Of a stretch of 64,000 bases of DNA, positions 55,213 through 64,000 are shown piece by piece. The position numbers were made by a program, and so were the translations under genes. Location: the NCBI GenBank assembly GCA_964016885.1, contig OZ024741.1, positions 238,700,001-238,764,000 of the forward strand, written 5' to 3'. The notes beneath the pieces were generated by a model. That model was not told where the DNA came from, did not search any database, and saw only the letters and a list, made by a program, of their open reading frames with translations. Source of the DNA: Eledone cirrhosa. Taxonomy: Eukaryota. The first letter of the stretch is position 1. Each line of letters begins with the position of its first letter.

Positions 55213-58200
55213 GCGGGGACATAGAAATAATCGGGCTAGATGCCCGATCGCGCAGTTAAACCACTGGGAGTGAAGAACCTCTAGCCCTTGTCAGGGCATT
55301 CTTCTAGGAGAAGGCATCTCAGGAAACTGGGTTAACTCCGACATAAAACCTGCGGCTCAGTAGTTACCGATGATCTTGATCTTTTCTTCTTTTCGGGTTA
55401 TAGCTACTGTCGCTCAGAGAGTGGGATTGGCTCAGTGCACAGTCTTTCCTCACTTTAAAAATATTCGTCACGCACAGGCATTGCACGAGTGCATTAATAA
55501 TCATTAATAGTGTACTATTATTATTATTATTATTATTACTATTATTATTACTTTTTTTTTTTATTTTTTTTTTTCCAATTCAATGATGTTCCAGAACAAT
55601 GTAAACGAGATAATTGCCAATTTAGGTTCTGAAACAAAAAAGATCATTGGCAATAAGGGCAGGGGCCCCAAGTTATCACAACCTGGGCCCGCCCGTCATC
55701 GTGCCATTGTAATAGAGCCAAACAGGGGATTTAGTCTTGGCTGCTGGAACGTACGGACGCTGCTTGACAGGGATTCTTTGGAGCGTCCTGAACGAAGGAC
55801 CGCTCTTGTTGCAAAGGAGCTTCGACGTTACGATCTTGACATCGTGGCTTTATCTGAGACGAGGTTAGCTGGAGATGGTCATCTTACGGAATTTTGTGGA
55901 GAATATACATTCTTCTGGAAAGGAAGAGATGAAGGAACCAGAAGAGAGGCTGGGGTAGGATTTGCTGTTAAGACTGTACTTGTGAATAAATTAGAAGAAT
56001 TCCCAGTAGGGATTAGTGAGCGTCTTATGTCCATGAGAGTTCCGCTGGACAAGGGAAGATATGCTACCCTGGTGAGTGTGTATGCTCCAACTATGAATTC
56101 TGTCGATGAAGAAAAACTGTCCTTTTACCATGCCTTGAAAGGTGTTCTAAGAAATATCCCTCAGGCAGACAAAGTCATCGTGCTTGGTGACTTTAATGCT
56201 AGAGTGGGTAGGGATTTTAACACATGGAATGTAATCGGAAGGCATCGGGTGGGAAAGTGTAACAGCAATGGTATGCTCTTGCTTCAGATGTGTGAGGAGC
56301 TGGATCTGTGTGTTACCAGCACCATGTTCCAACAAAAGAACAAATTCAAGACCACATGGTTGCATCCTGCATCTAAGGAATGGCATCTTTTGGACTACGT
56401 CCTAGTCAGGATGCGTGACAGACAGGATGTGCAGTGTGTTCGTGTTCTTCGTGGAGCTGAGTGCTGGACGGACCACCGCCTGGTACGCGCAAAAGTGAAT
56501 CTAATCACCAAACGTAAAACCCGGGCTCCTGGTGTTACCCTGCCCAAAAGATTGAATGCTGCTCGTCTTAAGGATAAAAATGTGAAGAGGACATTGGAAG
56601 AAGAGATGCAGGCTGCAGATCTTGGTGAGGATTGGCCGACCCTTAAAAAGTCGGTTTATGATGTAGGCAGACGTGTTCTGGGATTGGTGCAGAGAAAACA
56701 TCAGGACTGGTTTAATGAGAATGATGTACATATAGAAGACTTGTTGGCTGATAAGAGGCGTGCTCTGTCACGCTACTTGACGGCAAAACCACAGGAGAGG
56801 AATACGTTGCATGAGGAGCTCAGGGATGTAAAATCACGTGTTAGGCGGAGTCTTTCTCAGATGAAGGATCAGTGGTGGAGTGAGAAGGCTGGTGAGATAC
56901 AAACTGCGTCTGATTGCAATAACACAAAGCTGTTGTACAGTCTCTTGCGTGAGGTTTATGGACCGTCTTCTTCTCTGGTGACACCGATTCGCAGCAAGGA
57001 TGGCAAAGAACTTCTTCGTGACTCACAGGGAATTCTACGAACGTGGCGAGAGCACTTTGATGATCTTTTAAATCAGCCGTCTGTCGTCAGTGAAGATTTC
57101 CTCAATCTCATTCCGGAAAGTCCTGTGAAAGTAGCTCTCGCAGAACCTCCGACGCTTGTGAAGGTTGCAGTGGCTATTTCGAAGCTGAACAGTGGAAGAT
57201 CTCCAGGTATGGATGGCATACATGCTGAGCTCCTACAATATGGTGGTGAGAGACTCCTGCAACATCTTCACTCTTTGTTTGGAAGGATATGGGCTAATGA
57301 ATCCGTGCCTGAGGACTGGAGAGATGCAGTAATGGTGGTCTTGTACAAGGGAAAGGGTAACAGGAATGATTGTGGGAACTACAGAGGTATATCATTGCTT
57401 TCTGTCGTAGGGAAAGTTTTATGTAGGGTGCTTCTGGACCGTCTGCTGACACACATTGCAGATTGTGTCCTTCCTGAAAGTCAATCTGGTTTTCGTGCTG
57501 GACGCGGCACTACTGATATGATCTTCTCAGCTAGACAGCTCCAGGAGAAGTGCATTGAACAAGGCTTGGATCTGTATCAGGTTTTTGTCGATCTGACAAA
57601 GGCTTTCGATACTGTCAACAGAGATGCATTATGGAAGGTTCTCCAGAAACTTGGTTGCCCTGATAAGTTCCTTGCTTTAGTTAGGTCTTTCCATGACGAC
57701 ATGAAGGCTTGGGTTAATGTCGGAGGTAACATGTCGGAGCCTATCTCAGTAAAAAATGGAGTGAAACAGGGGGATATTCCAGCACCGACCCTGTTTGCCA
57801 TATACTTTGGTTTTCTGTATTGCGTTCAGGAATTGCGAGCATGGTGTTTACATCCGACATCGAACCTCAGGCAGCATATTTAACATCAGGCGCTTTGCTG
57901 CGAAGACAAAAGTATTTACATCAGTCATAAGAGACCTCTTGTATGCAGATGATTGCGATCTTGTAGCGCACACAGAGAGTGATATGCAGCACATTTTGAA
58001 TGCATTTTCTGACGCTTGCACTGCCCTGGGTTTGACTGTCAGTCTCAAGAAAACCGTCGTCATGTACCAACCTGCCCCTAGTAAGCAGTACACTGAACCA
58101 AACATCTATGTGTATGGCAAACGACTTGGAGTGGTTGATCAGTTTGTCTACCTGGGAAGCACTGTCAATCGATACGGCAACCTTGACAGTGAAATCTCAC

Positions 58201-59130
58201 TTAGGATTAGGAAAGCAAGTGATGCTTTCGGAAAGCTAGAAAGGCGACTCTGGGGTCGGCGAGACATATGCAGGAGGACAAAGGTAAAGGTGTACAGGGC
58301 ATGTGTACTCTCTTGTCTTCTTTATGCCTGCGAGACCTGGGTCACATATCGACGCCACCTTAAGCAATTGGAGCGTTTCCATCAGATGTGTCTCAGACGG
58401 ATCCATGGCGTTCACTGGAGGGACCACATCAGTGATGTCGAGATTTTGGAAAGCTCTATGTGTGACAGTATAGAAGCTCTTGTGCTTAAGCAACGACTCC
58501 GTTGGAGTGGTCACCTTGCCATGATGAAGGATTCTAGAATACCAAAACAACTCTTCTATGGAGAGTTGGTTAAAGGAAAACGACCGCCACATAAACCAAA
58601 AAAGAGGTATAAGGATTTCTTGAAAGCCTCTCTGAAAGACGCTAACATCTCTGCTGATACATGGGAAAATATTGCTGCTGATCGTAATAAATGGAGAAAG
58701 ACTGTATATGAGGGAAAAGTTGCCTTTGAAGAATCTCGAATCGCACACGAGAAAGTAAAGCGGGACGTGAGGAAGGGCATTGCTGTTGCACTTCCAGACG
58801 GCGAGGGTCCTCCTATGGTGCTGACATGCAGCGTCTGTGCGAGACTCTGCCTAAGCAAAGCTGGACTCGAAAGTCATCTTCGCAGTCATAAAGTAAGACC
58901 AGTGGTTGACTACCAGGCTGCTGTTGGAGATGCTACTCATCATGCTTGCCAAACATGTGGTAGAGAATGTAAATCAGCAGGAGGGCTCAAGCGACATGCA
59001 AAAGTACACGAACTCCAACCACAGCCGACTATTCCCAGTGAATGTTTTGGTTGCCGACTCTGTGCAAGACATTTTAGATCATTGGCTGGGCTAAAAAGCC
59101 ACATTCGATCGCAGCAATGTTAGTTGCTAT
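55213..59130 (+). mobile_element. Near-full-length RTE-BovB LINE (5'UTR plus single ORF)
   Basis: 5'UTR with ctaggagaagg, then an APE-RT-ZnF ORF broken by one frameshift near 57805. Confidence 0.92.
55583..59123 (+). CDS. RTE-BovB ORF: APE endonuclease, reverse transcriptase and three C2H2-type fingers (one frameshift near 57805)
   Basis: GCWNVRTL, ALSETRL, YAPT, LGDFNARVG, TDHRLV, NYRGISLL, QSGFR, FVDLTKAFDTV, GVKQG, LLYADD, RLRWSGH, then three CxxC...H fingers. The start codon is uncertain. Confidence 0.88.
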
Positions 59131-59134
59131 CGTG

Positions 59135-59179
<45 letters not shown>

Positions 59180-59259
59180 GCTTATGTGCGTGCGTGTGTG
59201 TGTATATATATATGAATATGTATATTATTATTGTTGTTGTCGTTGTTATTATTATTATT

Positions 59260-60692
59260 GCTTGCGAGCCAAGCAGAGGTAGAGGCTGCTTTGGAGTACA
59301 TCGGAAGTAACATAGAGTACAAAGCAAGAGGCAAACAGTTCGGTACCATCTCGGTACTGTTCAAATCCGAGGCCCTCGCTATTAAGCACTCGGTGATCCC
59401 CTGCAGAACGGAACGCATTATCATGCATCCGTCCTATATGGGTAAAAGGACAGTGAAGGTACGCATTCCCAGCATCCCACCAGGAATGAACATATGGTGG
59501 CTGCTGGGATGCGTAATCGAGGAGGGGACAGACACCACCCTCCTGGACATCAAAAGGACAGAGAGAGAAGACTGGTCCGGAATGGATTTGGAGATTCTTC
59601 TCCAAATGAAACCGGAGGATATAAATAACATCCCAGATTTTGCCCGCCTGTAGGACGGGACAACAATCCAACTAATGATTGACGGAAGAAGGCCACGCTG
59701 CTTCGTTGGCGGGGAAGCCACGCATCTTCAAGCCTTCTGCCCTCAGCGCAAAAATGCAGGGGGTCGCAAACCTCCTTTGTTGCCAACGCCAGTGTCAGCA
59801 CGGAAAGCTGCACCACCACCACCACCAAAAACAACATCAACAAAAACACGGACATCAACATCAAAAGCAGCCGGATCACCACCAAGACCAAAACCAATCC
59901 AAGGAGAAAACGAGGAAAGCTCTCCCACTCCCCCTACCCCCCCAACTATATACATAGACAAAAAAAAAAATAAACGCACACACAGACACAGAGACACTCA
60001 CAGACACAGACCCTTTGTCTTCCAGCAGCGAAGATGAAGGAAAACCCAAAAGTGCAAAAAAAACAGAGAAAACTCACAAAAAAAAAAAGCCCCTACAAAA
60101 CACAAAAACACACACAACAAAAAATACAGACACCACTAACGCAGACACTTCCCCAATAACATCAGCACCATCAGCAACATCGACACCACCTCCACAATCC
60201 CCGAAACGCAAACAACCTAAACAAACACAAGTACAAATAAACACACAGATACCTGAAATTGTAGACACCACACCTACAACAAACATAGACATACCCGAAA
60301 CAACACCACCAAAACCATCGCCACCACCTTCACCAAAACGAAAACAAATAAAACCACACCAACAAAATGTTAAAAACTTCGTGCTTGTCAGAAGGGCCAA
60401 CGATAAACTGATGGCCCTCTTAGCGCGAAGCGAGGACATTCAAACAGAGGAGGAGATTTTTGAAATGAACACATTTTGCGTGCCAGAAGATTTGCTTCTG
60501 GTCCGAATGTCACTCAATTCCTTCAAAGAAATTCGAGAGAGCTTTCCTCAAGACGTGGGAAACCCGAATGTGAAACCCACATCAAGACTTTTAAAGGGGT
60601 TCCCAAAAGAAACCCCACCAACCATGGAGGTCGAACCACCCGACATTCACAAGACCAGGGAGGTAAGTAAACCTTCCCTCTCTCTCTCTTAG
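59260..60692 (+). pseudogene. Tx1/L1-clade ORF1 (5'-truncated, degenerate zinc knuckle, Pro/Thr/Lys-rich tail)
   Basis: DGRRPRCFVGGEATHLQAFCP (CCHC with one Cys lost), lying directly upstream of ORF2; contains a stop and a frameshift. Confidence 0.75.
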
Positions 60693-60701
60693 CTTACCAA
60701 T

Positions 60702-63700
60702 ATGGCCATATTAAGAGTAGGAAGTTTAAATGTTCGCGGCCTGGGGTCACCCTGGAAGCAGGGTCGCCTGCTCAACGACCTCCGGTCGCTGGAAATGGAT
60801 GTGATTGCCGTAAGCGAGACCAGAATTTCCGACACGCGTGCACTAGCCCCCATTTTCGACGACTATCAGATCTTCGCATCTGTTAGCAGGCCGGGAATGG
60901 GGGGTGGGGTGGCAGTGCTGTTTAGGAAAGGACTGGATCTCGAGGTAAGGTCGATCTTCCGGGACCCGGACGGTAAGTTGGTGGTCTTGGATGTGAGCAG
61001 TAGCGAAGGTGGTGCCTTTAGACTGCTGGCCGCCTACGCCCCTACAGGGGCCGGACGACCTGACTTCTTTAGGCGCCTGGAGACCTTTCTGGGTACGTCT
61101 CACCCTTTACTGTTAGCAGGGGACTGGAATGGCATCTTAGACGCACGCTGGGATTGTGTGGGAGTAGCCGATAGGAGTGTGGGGGGGGGGGGTGCAAAAG
61201 CCTCAAGCACCTACTCAGCCAGTTCCAACTGTCTGACAGGTATCGACTAGATTTCCCCAATGTGCCAGTATGGACATGGACCAACCGAATGGGGTCATCT
61301 AGATCGTATATAGACAGAATCTTCATTAGGAAAATAGATAGAAATAGTGTGGGCTGTCCACTTTTTAAAACGGTCGCCTATTCAGATCACAAATTTGTGA
61401 TCTGTACGGTCGACCTAAATAAAACGCGGAGGTTAGGACCGGGTTACTGGAAGCTGAACATGTCATTTCCGGCACGTAAGGCTTACAGGGACCGAGTCAA
61501 TAAGTTAGTTAAGCAAAAGTTGACAGGGGGGATCATCAACAACAGATGGTGGGGGGCTCTCAAAAGAGAGATTAGAGTAACTTCGATAGAGTTCAGCAAA
61601 GAACTAGCGTTAGAGAAAAATAGAAAGGAGGGGGAGCTGGTAGATAAGTTAGACGAGGCTATTTGTAGTGGCATCGCAACTGACGTGCTAGCGGCGAGAA
61701 TGGCATTAGACCATTTCTTCAATGCCAAACACGAAGGTTGCATTGTCAGAGCTAAGGCGCGTGCGCTGAGAAACGAGGGAACTAAAGCTGTTCGATGGGC
61801 CCGCGTGTGTGGGGGGGGGGACGTAGTAATAAAACCACAATTCGGTCTTTGGCGGACCGAGACGGACACGAGATAAGCGATTCCAAGCGGATGTGTGAGG
61901 CCTTTCGCCAGCACTTTGCTCGGTTGTTCGGGGAGAGTGGCGAATCAGAGAGAGTAGCGGATTTCAGTCCCTACCTTGACGGCTTGCCGCGCATCTCGAC
62001 GGTCGACGCTGAGCGCTGCGAAAGGCCGATTACTTCAGCCGAAATTCAGGACGCCCTTGTCGGCTGCATGAGGCGCAAGTCACCCGGCTTGGATGGCCTG
62101 CCCTACGAGCTTTACGTAAATATGCCAGACTTGTTCTCCGAACTCCTCGAAGCACTCTACTGTAACTGGCAGCAGAATGGGAGTATTCCCAGTTCTGTGA
62201 GCAGGGGAGTGGTGACGCTGATAAGGAAAGACGAGAACAAGAGGGATACATTAGACAACTTCAGGCCCATAACTCTGCTCAACACAGAGATTAAGATTTT
62301 GGCCAAGGTGTTAGCAAAGAGATTGGCGCTTGTCGTCGAGGATTTGGTTGGGGAGGCGCAAACTTGCGCAATCCCAGCCAGGTCCATACACGACAATCTC
62401 CACCTCATGCGATACATCATAGAGAGGGTAGGGTGTAAACCTGGCTTCGGTGGGGCACTGATCAATTTAGATCAATCGAAAGCATTCGATACCATCGGTA
62501 TCTGGAGTTTGTCCTCAAAGCAGCTGGCTTCGGCCCTGTCTTTAGAAGCTGGATCGTTGCAATGCACAGCGGCACACGCTCGGTGGTCAAGGTTAATGGC
62601 CACCTCTCGGAACCATTTCGGCTCTCCCGATCGGTCCGTCAAGGGTGCCCTCTCTCTTCCCTTCTGTAAGTATTGACTCTCGAGCCTTTACTGCGGAAGC
62701 TGGAGCTGTTGCAGGGCATCCCGCTCGAACCGGGACGTGGAAAGGCGGTGTCGGCTTATGCGGACGACATCACCGTGATGGTGTCGAACACCTCAGAAAT
62801 CGAGGTGGTCGGCACCTTATTGAAGGAATATGAAAGGTTGACAGGAGCCAAACTTAACCCGGAAAAGTCGGTGGGCTTGCAGCTCGGAACCTGGAGAGGC
62901 AAGCCCATGCCGTCCAACAGCGTCGTGGGGCGCTGGACGGACGGACCAGTAAAGTTGCCCGGGGTTTGGTTCGGACCAGACCTCCAGGTGGAAAAGAATT
63001 GGGACGAGGTAACGAGCAGAGTAGCCAGTCTCACCCAAAAATGGGCTGGGAGGAAGCTATCACTGAAAGGTCGCGCGGAGGTGGCGAATGCGTACATCGC
63101 GTCCGTCATCTATTACCGCCTAACCGTCGTGCCTTGCCCCCGTCCGCGCCTCGTCAAGTTGGAACGGCTCCTCTTCAAATTCTTGTGGAGGGGACAAGTT
63201 CCGTTGGTGAGGCGGTCCATCTGCTGCCAGCACCCTCTACGCGGAGGGCTGGGCGTGCCGTGGCTAATGATGCGCAGACATGCGTTGAGGCTGCGACATC
63301 TCCAGATATTCTGCCTCAATGGTGAACAGGTGTGGTCGCCGTTTATCAGACGGGCCTTTCCGCAGCTCATTTCTTTGACTGAGCTGCAGTCCTGGATCAA
63401 GAAGAGACCGAGACTGGGTGACTGGCACCTGGAATGTTGCCAGGCACTCACTGCCCTCTACCAAGCGGGCAATGCGATCAGTGGAACTTCCACTCTCGAG
63501 TTCTATAGAGGATTAGTGGTGGGCAAGTGCGATGACGCACTCGGAGAAGCTTTGGGCCTCGACGAAGTCGAACTGACCAGTCTGTACCGGAGGACTTTTG
63601 AGCCGGGGACGATGGACAATTTCCAGAAATCCCTCGCTTGGCAGTGCTACCGGGGGGCACTGCCGGTTCGGGATAAACTCTACAGGCACGGAAGTGCTGT

Positions 63701-64000
63701 CAGACGGACCTGCCCAAGATGCGCACAGAACGACGAAACCGTTCTGCACGCACTTGTCCAATGTCCGTGCATTACTGACTTGTGGAGTTATGTCGAACAG
63801 CTACTGTCGCGTGTGGAACGAATCCAGTTATCGGCCGAGTCCATAGTGAAGATCGAGCCACCACCTTCCTTAGGTCAGGAAGAGCAGGACATTTTCCTCT
63901 GTCTGGTGGCAGTTGCGAAAGAGATTATATGGTGGACCAGGTTGAAAGGACTAAAGACAGACACTTTTCTCTTCGGCCAATCCCTCATCAGCTTCTTCAA
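60702..64000 (+). pseudogene. Tx1/L1-clade ORF2 (APE, RT, C-terminal zinc motif), disrupted, runs off the window
   Basis: SLNVRGL, SET, YAP, AGDWN, YIDRIF, SDH, GPGYWKLN, SPGLDGL, NFRPITLLN, LDQSKAFD, SAYADD, GGLG, CPRC..ETVLHALVQC. Frameshifts at G runs plus a stop. Confidence 0.92.

Noticed and set aside
55213-55440. HDV-like or twister ribozyme in the RTE-BovB 5'UTR (stem gggctaga/tctagccc)
   Set aside because: One helix is visible, but I could not build the nested double pseudoknot or the twister consensus by eye. It needs an Infernal or RNArobo search.
58236-63846. Antisense and alternative-frame ORFs over the BovB and Tx1 elements
   Set aside because: Shadow ORFs of GC-richer LINE coding sequence, with no independent motifs.

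Overview
This is an AT-rich, repeat-saturated eukaryotic window, most likely from a coleoid cephalopod (octopus-like); that is inferred from the (TA)n load and the SINE/LINE repertoire. I found no recognisable host protein-coding gene, and most long ORFs in the track are (TA)n/(CA)n artefacts. Retroelements present: a CR1 fragment, many RTE copies carrying an internal PHD-type finger, a near-intact RTE-BovB LINE with three C-terminal zinc fingers, three Dong/R4-type 3' ends stacked in (TAA)n, a Tx1/L1 LINE, a full-length but disabled Penelope-like (Naiad-type RT + GIY-YIG) element, and several tRNA-derived SINE families. The main signal not shown by the ORF track is about 25 type I hammerhead ribozyme (HHR) motifs, intact, variant or degenerate, from roughly 12-13 unrelated short non-coding repeat families. 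These sit in (TA)n tracts and often form divergent fold-back dimers. One forms a head-to-tail 417-bp array (49946-51030) predicted to release a 417-nt retrozyme-like RNA. All RNA structures were paired by eye, not computed, and element boundaries are approximate.
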